Source of the DNA: an uncultured Akkermansia sp. | Lineage (GTDB): Bacteria > Verrucomicrobiota > Verrucomicrobiia > Limisphaerales > UBA9464 | Assembly: GCA_964430505.1 (NCBI GenBank) | Contig: CAYSGH010000001.1 | Location: 43,677-107,676, forward strand | Direction: 5' to 3' | Length of the DNA: 64,000 nucleotides | The notes under the pieces: generated by a model | What the model was told of the DNA's origin: nothing | Databases searched by the model: none | Seen by the model: only the letters and a program-made list of their open reading frames with translations | Shown: positions 25,549-34,289 of the stretch, piece by piece | How the letters are laid out: each line of letters opens with the position of its first letter | Numbering within the stretch: the first letter of the stretch is position 1 | Translations under genes and position numbers: made by a program

Positions 25549-28500
25549 ATGCCCTTCCTGAATCCCTCGATCCGCCGCCTGTTCGCGTGGGCCGCCGTGT
25601 TGCCCTCTCTCGCGGCCGCCGCCGTCGCGGCCGACCCCGCACGGCTGGACTTCAATCGCGACGTCCGCCCGATCCTCGCGGAGCATTGCCTCAACTGCCA
25701 TGGCTTCGATGACCGAACCCGCAAGGGCGGCCTGCGCCTCGACCGCGCGGAGGACGCGTGGAAGGGCGGCAAGTCGGGACGCCCGGCCATCGTGCCCGGA
25801 AAGGCGGCCGAGTCCGAGTTGGTCAAGCGCCTGCGCACGACGGACCCCGACGACCGGATGCCGCCCGAGGAGAAGGGCGTGCCGTTGACGGACGCCCAGC
25901 GGGCGACCTTGGAGCGATGGGTGGCGGAGGGGGGCGAATATCGGCCTCATTGGGCCTTCCTTCGCCCGGAGCCGCAGCCCGTGCCGGCCGTGAAAAAGGA
26001 GGGATGGGCACGAAGCCCCCTCGACGCGTTTGTCCTGGCACGCATGGAACGCGAGGGGCTCGAACCCCGGCCCGAGGCTGATCGCACCACCTTGGCCCGG
26101 CGGTTGTCGCTGGACCTGACCGGGCTTCCGCCCAAGCCCGAGGAGATCGACGCGTTCGTCGCGGACACGGCACCCAACGCCTACGAGCGGTTGGTGGACC
26201 GTCTGCTGGCCTCGGCCCGCTACGGCGAGCGCATGGCCGTGGATTGGCTGGATGCGGCCCGTTATGCGGACACGCATGGCTACCACATCGACTCGGCGCG
26301 CGACATGACGTCCTGGCGCGACGGCGTGATCCGTGCGTTCAACGACAACCAGCGCTATGACCAGTTCACCGTCGAGCAGATCGCCGGCGACCTGCTCCCC
26401 GAAGCCACGGAGGCCCAGAAGGTCGCCTCGGGCTTCAATCGCAATCACATGATCAACTACGAGGGCGGCGCCATCCCGGAGGAGTACCACACCGCCTACA
26501 TCGTGGACCGGATCAACACGACCTCCACGGTGTGGCTTGGCCTCACCGTCGCGTGCGCCCAATGCCATGACCACAAGTACGACCCCATCACGACCCGGGA
26601 CTACTACGGCATGTACGCGATCTTCAATGGCGTCCCCGAGAACGGCCTCGACGGCCGGAACGGCAACGCCGTCCCCGTCGTGCGCCTTCCCAAGGCCGAG
26701 CAAGCCGCCGAGTCCGAGCGCCTTGCCGCCCTCGTGCGCACGGCCGAGGCGCGCCTCGCGAGCCCGCCGCCCGAGGTGCGGGAGGCCCAGCGGGAATGGG
26801 AGCAGTCCTTGTCCAAGGCCGGGGCCGCATGGAACGTCGCCCGCCTTGCCAAGGCCGAGTCGTCCGCCGGGGCGCGCATGGAGGAACAAAAGGACGGTTC
26901 CTGGTTCGTCCCGTTGCCCGCCGCCCCGCGCGAGGATTACGTGCTCACGCTGCCGCCCGTCGATGCTCCCATCACCGGCGTGCGCATCGAGGCGTTGCCC
27001 GACGACCGCCTGCCCTCGAAGGGCCCGGGACGATTCGACAACGGCAACATCGTCCTCGGCGAGGTGGTGGCCACCTCGGGGGGCCGCACGCTTTCGTGGA
27101 AGTCAGCCAGCGCAAGCCACAGCCAGGACGGGTACCCCGTCGCCAAGGCCATCGATGGCGACCTGGCGACCGGCTGGGCGATCCTGCCGCGGGCCGGCAA
27201 GGCGTCGTCGGCCGTGTTCGCGCTTTCCGAGCCCGTCATGGCAGGCACCGCGCAGCTCGTCGTCACGCTTCGCTTCAGCCCCGCCTTCGACCGGCATTCG
27301 CTGGGCCGATTCCGCGTGTCCGTGACGTCGGAGGCCAACCCGCAGGATGCGGCCGACGTGCCGGAGGCCATCCGCGCGATCGCACGGGTCGAGCCCTCGG
27401 CGCGGACGGCGGAGCAAGGGAAGGACATCACACGACATTACCAGGAGCAGGTGTCGCCGGTGATGCGCCGCCTGCGCGAGGAGGTCGCGGCGGCCAAGAA
27501 GGCCCGGGACGACCATGAGAGGGCCATCCCCACAAGCATGGTGATGGCGGAGATGGCCAAGCCACGCGACACGTTCGTGCTGGTGCGCGGCCAATACGAC
27601 AAGAAGGGCGAGAAGGTCGGGCGCACGCTGCTGTCGGCGTTGCCGGGGTTGCCGGGCGGGGGCGAGGCGGACCGATTGGCGTTGGCGCGTTGGCTCGTGT
27701 CGCCGGAACAGCCCCTGACGGCGCGCGTCACGGCGAACCGCTTCTGGCAGATGCTGTTCGGCAACGGGTTGGTGAAGTCCGCCGAGAACTTCGGGACGCA
27801 GGGCGACCTGCCGAGCCACCCGGAGCTGCTGGACTGGCTGGCGCTGGAGCTGGTGCGGACGGGATGGGACGTGAAGGGCTTCCTGAAGATGGTGGTGACG
27901 AGCGCCACGTACCGGCAGGACAGCCGCGCGCCGCGGACGCTGTATGAGCGCGACCCCGAGAACCGGTTGCTGGCGCGCGGGCCGCGCATCCGGTTGCAGG
28001 CCGAGTTCCTGCGGGACCTTGCCTTGAGCGCCTCGGGCTTGCTGGACGACCGCATTGGCGGGCCGCCGGTGTTCCCGTACCAGCCAGCCGGGCTATGGGA
28101 GGAGCTGATGTCGCGCGAGGACAACGACGCGTTCACGGCACAGAAGTATGTTCCCAGCAAGGGGCGCGACCTGTACCGGCGCACGATGTACACGTTCATC
28201 AAGCGCACGTCGCCGCACCCGAGCCTGAGCAACTTCGACGCGCCGGACCGACAGGTGTGCAGCGTCCGCCGCCCGCGCACGAACACGCCGTTGCAGGCGC
28301 TCGCCCTGATGAACGACCCCACCTACGTCGAGGCCGCACGGCACTTGGCGGCGCGCATGGTGGGCTCGGGCGAAACGGCAGAGGCCCGCATCGCCAGCGG
28401 TTTCCGGCGCGTCCTGGGTCGCCTGCCCACGGCCCGGGAAACGGCGGTTCTGGCGCGGCTGCACCAGGATCAACGCGAGGTCTTCCTGAAGGACGCCGAG

Positions 28501-28626
28501 GCGGCCCGGCGGCTGTTGTCGGTGGGCGACTCGCCCGCGACGGCCGGGGACGCGGCCGACATGGCCGCATGGGCGGTGGTGGCGGGGGCCATCCTGAACT
28601 TGGACGAGGCGGTCACGAAGGGTTGA
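25549..28626 (+). CDS. PSCyt (planctomycete cytochrome c) / DUF1549 / DUF1553 (PSD1) domain protein
   Basis: ATG at 25549 gives a signal peptide. FNRDVRPILAEHCLNCHG is the PSCyt CXXCH motif. WARSPLDAFVLARMEREGL is DUF1549-like. A central AIDGDLATGWA region looks like a discoidin fold, and the C-terminal region is DUF1553-like. Confidence 0.85.
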   Translation: MPFLNPSIRRLFAWAAVLPSLAAAAVAADPARLDFNRDVRPILAEHCLNCHGFDDRTRKGGLRLDRAEDAWKGGKSGRPAIVPGKAAESELVKRLRTTDPDDRMPPEEKGVPLTDAQRATLERWVAEGGEYRPHWAFLRPEPQPVPAVKKEGWARSPLDAFVLARMEREGLEPRPEADRTTLARRLSLDLTGLPPKPEEIDAFVADTAPNAYERLVDRLLASARYGERMAVDWLDAARYADTHGYHIDSARDMTSWRDGVIRAFNDNQRYDQFTVEQIAGDLLPEATEAQKVASGFNRNHMINYEGGAIPEEYHTAYIVDRINTTSTVWLGLTVACAQCHDHKYDPITTRDYYGMYAIFNGVPENGLDGRNGNAVPVVRLPKAEQAAESERLAALVRTAEARLASPPPEVREAQREWEQSLSKAGAAWNVARLAKAESSAGARMEEQKDGSWFVPLPAAPREDYVLTLPPVDAPITGVRIEALPDDRLPSKGPGRFDNGNIVLGEVVATSGGRTLSWKSASASHSQDGYPVAKAIDGDLATGWAILPRAGKASSAVFALSEPVMAGTAQLVVTLRFSPAFDRHSLGRFRVSVTSEANPQDAADVPEAIRAIARVEPSARTAEQGKDITRHYQEQVSPVMRRLREEVAAAKKARDDHERAIPTSMVMAEMAKPRDTFVLVRGQYDKKGEKVGRTLLSALPGLPGGGEADRLALARWLVSPEQPLTARVTANRFWQMLFGNGLVKSAENFGTQGDLPSHPELLDWLALELVRTGWDVKGFLKMVVTSATYRQDSRAPRTLYERDPENRLLARGPRIRLQAEFLRDLALSASGLLDDRIGGPPVFPYQPAGLWEELMSREDNDAFTAQKYVPSKGRDLYRRTMYTFIKRTSPHPSLSNFDAPDRQVCSVRRPRTNTPLQALALMNDPTYVEAARHLAARMVGSGETAEARIASGFRRVLGRLPTARETAVLARLHQDQREVFLKDAEAARRLLSVGDSPATAGDAADMAAWAVVAGAILNLDEAVTKG

Positions 28627-28635
28627 ACCAGGCTT

Positions 28636-30111
28636 ATGGAACATTGGATGCAGGCACGGGCGCGGCTGTTGACGCGCCGTCATTTCTTCGGGCGGATGAG
28701 CGCTGGGATCGGCACCGCCGCGCTCGCGTCGGTGATGAATCCCGGCCTGCTGAACGGCGCGGGGGCTGCGGGCGCGGAGGGCGGCGCGCCCGGCTTGCTT
28801 CGCACCCTCCACTTCGCACCCAAGGCCAAGCGAGTCATTTGGTTGTTCATGTCGGGCGGCCCGTCACACATCGACTTGTTCGACTACAAGCCGGGCCTGC
28901 GACAACACCACGGCGAGGAGTTGCCCGCGTCTATCCGGATGGGCCAAAGACTGACCGGGATGACGTCGGGCCAGAGCAAGTTCCCGTGCGTGGCCCCGAT
29001 GTTTGAGTGGCGGCAGCATGGGAAAAGCGGGCTGTGGATGAGCGAGCTGCTGCCGCAGATGGGACGGGTGGCGGACCGTTGGTGCGTGGTGAAGTCCCTG
29101 TGGACGGAGGCGATCAACCACGACCCGGCGGTGACGTTCATCCAGACGGGGCACCAGCAGGCGGGCCGGCCGGCTCTGGGCTCGTGGTTGTCCTACGGCA
29201 TCGGGAGCGAGAACCAGCAACTGCCTGGTTTCGTCGTCATGATCTCGCAGGGCAGCGGCAACAAGACGGACCAGCCGCTCAGCACGCGGTATTGGGGCAG
29301 CGGCTTCCTGCCGGGACAACACCAGGGCGTTCGGTTCCGTTCCCAGGGCGACCCCGTGCTGTACCTGTCGAATCCGCCCGGCATGGACGACCCGACGCGC
29401 CGGCGGATGCTGGACGCGACGGGTGCGCTGAATGCGTTGGCGGCCGACAGCTTCGGTGACCCGGAGATCGACGCACGGATCGCTCAGTACGAGATGGCGT
29501 ACCGGATGCAGGCGAGCGTGCCGGAGCTGACGGACCTGAAGGGCGAGTCGGCGGCGACGCTGGAGGCGTATGGGGTGCGTCCGGACGCCAAGGACGGCGG
29601 GTTTGCGCGGAACTGCCTGTTGGCGCGGCGGATGATCGAGCGCGGGGTGCGGTTCGTGCAGTTGTTTCACCGGGGCTGGGACCAGCACGGGGACCTGCCG
29701 CGGCAGATCCGGGGGCAATGCTCGGACGTGGACCGGCCGACGGCGGCGTTGGTCGAGGACCTGGCGCAACGCGGGTTGCTGGAGGACACCCTCGTGGTGT
29801 GGGGCGGCGAGTTTGGGCGGACGGTGTACTCGCAGGGGTCTCTGACGAAGGACAACCATGGCCGGGACCACCACGGCCGGTGCTACACGATCCTGATGGC
29901 GGGCGCGGGCGTTAGGGCGGGCCTGACGTACGGCATGACGGACGACTACTGCTACAACATCGTGGAGAATCCGGTCCATGTGCACGATCTCAACGCGACG
30001 TTGCTCCACCTGCTGGGCGTGGACCACACCCGGCTGACGTTCCGGTTCCAGGGTCGGAACTTCCGGCTCACGGACGTTCATGGCGAGGTGGTGAAGGGGT
30101 TGCTGGCGTGA
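28636..30111 (+). CDS. DUF1501 domain protein (sulfatase-like fold, Tat signal)
   Basis: Twin-arginine signal [20 protein letters not shown]. Starts 10 nt after the DUF1553 gene, the canonical pairing in PVC genomes. Confidence 0.85.
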   Translation: MEHWMQARARLLTRRHFFGRMSAGIGTAALASVMNPGLLNGAGAAGAEGGAPGLLRTLHFAPKAKRVIWLFMSGGPSHIDLFDYKPGLRQHHGEELPASIRMGQRLTGMTSGQSKFPCVAPMFEWRQHGKSGLWMSELLPQMGRVADRWCVVKSLWTEAINHDPAVTFIQTGHQQAGRPALGSWLSYGIGSENQQLPGFVVMISQGSGNKTDQPLSTRYWGSGFLPGQHQGVRFRSQGDPVLYLSNPPGMDDPTRRRMLDATGALNALAADSFGDPEIDARIAQYEMAYRMQASVPELTDLKGESAATLEAYGVRPDAKDGGFARNCLLARRMIERGVRFVQLFHRGWDQHGDLPRQIRGQCSDVDRPTAALVEDLAQRGLLEDTLVVWGGEFGRTVYSQGSLTKDNHGRDHHGRCYTILMAGAGVRAGLTYGMTDDYCYNIVENPVHVHDLNATLLHLLGVDHTRLTFRFQGRNFRLTDVHGEVVKGLLA

Positions 30112-30192
30112 CGGGTTTCCGGCCCAGCCGCGGCTCCGGCTTCCCGTTTGCAGCCCGATACCAAGCCGGGCACGATATCCAAAAGGGATCCC

Positions 30193-31542
30193 ATGAGCGC
30201 GCCTGTCGTTGATGCGAAGCCAGCCGAAGCCACCGTGCCCGCGCGCACGGAAACGACGGCTGGGAATTATTTCGTCTCGAATTACCCCCCGTTTGGCGCG
30301 TGGCGTACCGACGCCGTGGGGGAGCTGGAGTCGGTTCTGGAACAGCCGCCGCGCCCCGGGGTGCCGCTCGGGCTCTACACGCACATCCCCTTTTGCCGGA
30401 AGCGCTGCCATTTCTGCTATTTCCGGGTCTATACGGACAAGAACGCGGACGACATTCGGGCCTATATCGACGCCGTGTTGGCGGAGCTGGCGATGTATGC
30501 GTCGCGCCCGGCCATCCGGGGGCGGCGCCCGCAGTTCCTCTACTTTGGCGGCGGCACGCCGAGCTACCTTTCGCCCGACCAGCTTGGGGTGTTGTCGGAA
30601 GGCATGAAGCGACTCGTGCCTTGGGATGAAGCGGAGGAAATCACGTTTGAGGCCGAGCCCGGGACGCTGACGGACCACAAGCTGCGGGCGATCCGCGCGA
30701 TGGGGGTGACACGGCTCAGCCTCGGGATCGAGCACTTCGACGACCATATCCTCGAGATCAACGGGCGGGCGCACCGCTCCAAGGAGATCTTCCGGGCGTA
30801 CTCGTATGCGCGGGAGATTGGGTTCCCGCAGGTCAACATCGACCTGATCGCGGGGATGGTGGAGGAGACGGAGGAGAAGTGGCGCGAGGCGGTGGCCAAG
30901 GCGGTGGAGCTCCGGCCGGACTCCGTGACGATCTACCAGATGGAGGTGCCGTACAACACGACGATCTTCCAGCGCATGAAGGCGGAGGGCCGCCTGACCG
31001 CTCCCGTCGCGGACTGGGAGACGAAGCGGCGCTGGGTGGACCAGGCGTACCGGGAGTTCGAGAAGGTGGGCTACACGCTCACCAGCACCACGACGGTGGT
31101 GAAGGACCCGGAGCGGGTGAAGTTCCAGTACCGTGCCGGGCTGTTCTCGGGGGCGGACCTGTTGTCCGTGGGGGTGGCGAGCTTCGGGCACCTTTCCGGG
31201 GTGCATTACCAGAACCTGCACGACTTCCAGCCGCACCTCGACGCCGTGCGGGCCGGACGGTTGCCGGTGTACCGGGCATTGCGCCCGACGGCCGACGAGC
31301 TGTACACGCGCGAGTTCATGTTGCAGCTCAAGCTGGGGTCCGTGCGCGCGTCGGACTTTGCCGCAAAGTTTGGGCAGGATCCGCGCGTGCAGTTCGCGAC
31401 TCCGCTGGCGACGTTGCGTTCATGGGGGTTCCTGGTGGAGGACGGCGACCGCATCGGGCTGACGCGTGACGGGTTGTTGCAGGTCGATCGGCTCCTGATG
31501 GAATTCTTTGACCCGCGGCATCGTTCAGGCCGGTACGCCTAG
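30193..31542 (+). CDS. HemN-family radical SAM protein (oxygen-independent coproporphyrinogen III oxidase-like)
   Basis: ORF 30148 starts at TTG; ATG at 30193. Motifs: NYPPFGAW, radical SAM CX3CX2C (PFCRKRCHFCYF), FGGGTPSYL, NIDLIAGM. Confidence 0.8.
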   Translation: MSAPVVDAKPAEATVPARTETTAGNYFVSNYPPFGAWRTDAVGELESVLEQPPRPGVPLGLYTHIPFCRKRCHFCYFRVYTDKNADDIRAYIDAVLAELAMYASRPAIRGRRPQFLYFGGGTPSYLSPDQLGVLSEGMKRLVPWDEAEEITFEAEPGTLTDHKLRAIRAMGVTRLSLGIEHFDDHILEINGRAHRSKEIFRAYSYAREIGFPQVNIDLIAGMVEETEEKWREAVAKAVELRPDSVTIYQMEVPYNTTIFQRMKAEGRLTAPVADWETKRRWVDQAYREFEKVGYTLTSTTTVVKDPERVKFQYRAGLFSGADLLSVGVASFGHLSGVHYQNLHDFQPHLDAVRAGRLPVYRALRPTADELYTREFMLQLKLGSVRASDFAAKFGQDPRVQFATPLATLRSWGFLVEDGDRIGLTRDGLLQVDRLLMEFFDPRHRSGRYA

Positions 31543-31552
31543 GTCCCCGCCC

Positions 31553-32152
31553 ATGTCGTCGTCAGCGCCCACAGCCCCCGTGAGCCTTCTGCATCCCCTC
31601 GACGTGTTTTATCGGGAGGCGGGCCGGGAGTTGCCGTGGCACGAGGCGGTGCAACCGGATGCCATTCCGGAGCCCATGCGGTCCTTGCTGGCGCACAACC
31701 GGGACATGACCAGCACGCTGGAGCAGCACCATGAGGATGGCATCCACCTTCGTGTGCTCAGCCTAGGGCATGATGCCAAGACCTTGCGCCGCGAGGTGGT
31801 GCTGTGCCGGGACCGCGACAACGTGCCGGTGGAATTCGGGGCGACGTTGGCGTGGCTCGAAGCGTTCGAGGAACCGTGGCGGTCCCAGATCGTGGCGTCG
31901 CGGCGGCCGCTGGGCGGCATCCTGAATGCGAGCGGCAAAGCCTACACGAGTCGGCCGTCGGCGTTCCTAAGGGTCCGGCCAGATGGATTCCTGCGCGTTT
32001 CCTTGGGGTTCCAGGGTGATCCGGACCTCTACGGCCGCCAGAACACGTTGCGCACGTGGGAGGGGAACGTGATCGCGTCCATCTTGGAAATCCTGCCACC
32101 GCCAACGACGACGGATGGAAGAACGAAAGGCGTCACGACCCTCGGCCCGTGA
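31553..32152 (+). CDS. Chorismate lyase-like (DUF98/UTRA-fold) protein
   Basis: ATG at 31553, 10 nt after the HemN-like stop. About 200 aa. Family resemblance (LLAHNRDMTSTLEQHH...LRVL...REVVL...) is by eye only. Confidence 0.45.
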   Translation: MSSSAPTAPVSLLHPLDVFYREAGRELPWHEAVQPDAIPEPMRSLLAHNRDMTSTLEQHHEDGIHLRVLSLGHDAKTLRREVVLCRDRDNVPVEFGATLAWLEAFEEPWRSQIVASRRPLGGILNASGKAYTSRPSAFLRVRPDGFLRVSLGFQGDPDLYGRQNTLRTWEGNVIASILEILPPPTTTDGRTKGVTTLGP

Positions 32153-32287
32153 CGCCTTTCAGGAGTGCCGCCTCGAGGAGCGCCGCCTCGGTTGTGGCCT
32201 CCGCAGCGGGGCGAAACTCGGGGTGAGCATGGCAGCCTGCCAGAGCAAGCCTAGCTGGGCTCCCCCGGGGCTAGGCAACCGGGCGAG

Positions 32288-32578
32288 CTAGGCGGCCGGC
32301 GCAGCTGCGGCCTTGGCCTTGGCAGCGTTCAGGCGCAGGGCCAGTCGAGAACGCTTCCGGTTGGCCGTTGCGCGGTGCACGACGCCAGCCTTGGAGGCCT
32401 TGGCCAGCGCGGAGACCACGTCGGCATGGGCCGCCTTGGTCTCGTCAGGCTTCCCGGCGGAGAGGGTGGAGAGATACTTCTTCTCCAAGGTCTTGAGGCG
32501 CGACTTGACGGACCGGTTCCGGGCAGCCTTGCGGGCGGTGGAACGGACGCGCTTCTCGGCGGACTTCGTGTTCGGCAT
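32288..32578 (-). CDS. rpsT: 30S ribosomal protein S20
   Basis: MPNTKSAEKRVRSTARKAARNRSVKSRLKT... is a typical S20 N-terminus. 96 aa, basic. Confidence 0.95.
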   Translation of the reverse strand: MPNTKSAEKRVRSTARKAARNRSVKSRLKTLEKKYLSTLSAGKPDETKAAHADVVSALAKASKAGVVHRATANRKRSRLALRLNAAKAKAAAAPAA

Positions 32579-32646
32579 AGCGTCTTACTCGTCGAAAATT
32601 GAAGGGCGACCCTATCGACGCGTGGCATTCCATGTCAACGAGTGGT

Positions 32647-32964
32647 TCAGGAAGGCCAACGCCCAATGTGCTGGCGATCCAAGCCATGCCGACGCGATGG
32701 GTGGGTCCAAGGGGTCGGGGTCCCGGAGATAGCCCAAGGCGAGGGGACCTCCTCGAACTCGGCAGCGATGCACGCCGCCCGCAGCGGATCGACATTGCCG
32801 GTCAGGGCGATGTCCATGTCGGAATGCTCCCCGTGGGTTCCCGTGGCTCGGGAACCAAACAACGGGGCGGCATGGACCTCGGGATGCCGCCGCCGGTCGC
32901 CCCGGATGTGTTCCAGCTCGCCCGCGCCGAGCAAGGGCTGTGTCACCAGGCCGCTTCCCGTCAT
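32647..32964 (-). CDS. Small nucleotidyltransferase (Pol beta superfamily, MNT-like) domain protein
   Basis: Internal ATG at 32964 of ORF 32647..33087. Motif LFGSRATGTHGEHSDMDIALTG (GS-x9-D-x-D). The start overlaps the MscS stop (ATGA at 32961-32964). No HEPN partner is present. Confidence 0.55.
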   Translation of the reverse strand: MTGSGLVTQPLLGAGELEHIRGDRRRHPEVHAAPLFGSRATGTHGEHSDMDIALTGNVDPLRAACIAAEFEEVPSPWAISGTPTPWTHPSRRHGLDRQHIGRWPS

Positions 32965-34238
32965 CGCGGCGCATCTTGGCGCAGGTGGACGGTCTGGGTG
33001 GGGAAGGCGAACTCGAGGGCCTCGGCGTCGAAGCGTGCCTTCACCTCGATCTGGAGGGATTCGACGGACGCGATGTATTCCTTCCACTCCGTGCCTTTCC
33101 AGAGCCAGACGACGTTCAGGTTCAGGGCAAAGTCGCCGAAACGGTTGAAGTGAACCAGCACCTCCTGGGTTTGCGGGTGACTCCCGTAGATCTCGCGAAG
33201 CAGTTCGGTGGCCCGACGCAGGCGGTCCGAGGGGAGGCCGTACACCAGTCCATAGTCGAACACGCCCCGGATGAAGCGGCGGGCGGACACGTTGGTCACG
33301 GTGTTTGACCCCACGGTCTTGTTGGGGACGGTGACGAGGAAGCCGTCGAGCGTCCGCACCCGGGTCGCCCGCAGGCCCATCTCCTCCACCACGCCGTCAA
33401 CGTCGGACCCCACCCTGATGCGGTCGCCGACCTTGAAGGGGCGGTCCATGAAGACGGCTACGGCCCCGAACAGGTTGGAGACGGTGTCCTGGGCGGCGAG
33501 GCCGAGGGCGAGGCCCAGGACGGAGACGGAGCCCAGGATGGCGGTGATGTTGACGCCGAGGTTCTGGAGCAAGGTGAGGAGGGCGACCAACACAAGGACG
33601 ACCTTGGCTCCCTTCCCCATGAGCACGATGAAGTGCTTTTGAAAGGCACGGTCGCCGTCGTCCGGCAGCCGAGAGGCCCAGGCATGCGCGGCGCCATCGA
33701 CCGCCTTGAGGGAGACGTAGATGAGGGACAACGCGATGCCGATGAACCCGAGGCGCGACACGTAGAACTGGATCTCGCGAGGCCAGTCGAACAAATGGAG
33801 CCCGACGTTGATCAGCACGACAAACACCACGGCCTTCACGGGCCCGTCCGCGAATCCCACCAGCACGTCGTCCCATTGGTTCTCGGTCCGTGATGCCCAT
33901 GCGCGCAGCCGGGTCTTCACGAGGATGTCGAGGCCCTTGGCGACGCCAAAGGCCAGGACGAGATAGGCGAGGGTCGCAAGGTATTCCCACAGGGGAACCC
34001 CGAGGAGGTTGCCCTGGAGGGCCTCGACGTGGTTGAGGCCGAAGGACAGCTCGGTTCGGTAGGCTCGGACGAAGGCCCGCGCCGCCGCCTCGCCGGCCAC
34101 GACCGCGTTGGTGGGGGAGACGGGCGCGGCGTTGGTGTCCTGGGCATTGGCCGAGAGCCACAAGGCCCCCAGCAAGCCGCCCGCGCACAATGCCAGCCAA
34201 CCGCGCAAGGCCCACCCGGAACGACGCACCCAATTCAT
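32961..34238 (-). CDS. Mechanosensitive ion channel family protein (MscS-like)
   Basis: ORF start 34274 is TTG; ATG at 34238 gives a signal/TM segment. MscS core FMDRPFKVGDRIRVGSDVDGVVEEMGLRATRVRTLDGFLVTVPN. Confidence 0.85.
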   Translation of the reverse strand: MNWVRRSGWALRGWLALCAGGLLGALWLSANAQDTNAAPVSPTNAVVAGEAAARAFVRAYRTELSFGLNHVEALQGNLLGVPLWEYLATLAYLVLAFGVAKGLDILVKTRLRAWASRTENQWDDVLVGFADGPVKAVVFVVLINVGLHLFDWPREIQFYVSRLGFIGIALSLIYVSLKAVDGAAHAWASRLPDDGDRAFQKHFIVLMGKGAKVVLVLVALLTLLQNLGVNITAILGSVSVLGLALGLAAQDTVSNLFGAVAVFMDRPFKVGDRIRVGSDVDGVVEEMGLRATRVRTLDGFLVTVPNKTVGSNTVTNVSARRFIRGVFDYGLVYGLPSDRLRRATELLREIYGSHPQTQEVLVHFNRFGDFALNLNVVWLWKGTEWKEYIASVESLQIEVKARFDAEALEFAFPTQTVHLRQDAPR

Positions 34239-34289
34239 GCCCGCCTTCCTATCCTCGATTGGCGTCGCGGGCAAATCGTGCGCAGCGCG

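Noticed and set aside
28864-31236. 790-aa minus-strand ORF antisense to the DUF1501 and HemN-like genes
   Set aside because: It spans two well-supported + strand genes and their intergenic gap, and its composition is typical of GC-driven open frames.
32249-32276. Inverted repeat GCCTAGC-N15-GCTAGGC between the convergent chorismate-lyase-like gene and rpsT, as a bidirectional terminator
   Set aside because: The stem is only 7 bp with a 14-nt loop and no U-tract on either strand, so it is not convincing as an intrinsic terminator.
32647-32800. Suspected frameshift or pseudogene in the 3' half of the MNT-like gene
   Set aside because: I translated all three minus-strand frames. The original frame retains family-like features (EE-x-P-x-P ... 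L-x-x-HI-x-R), and the other frames are no better. It is kept as an intact but low-confidence CDS.
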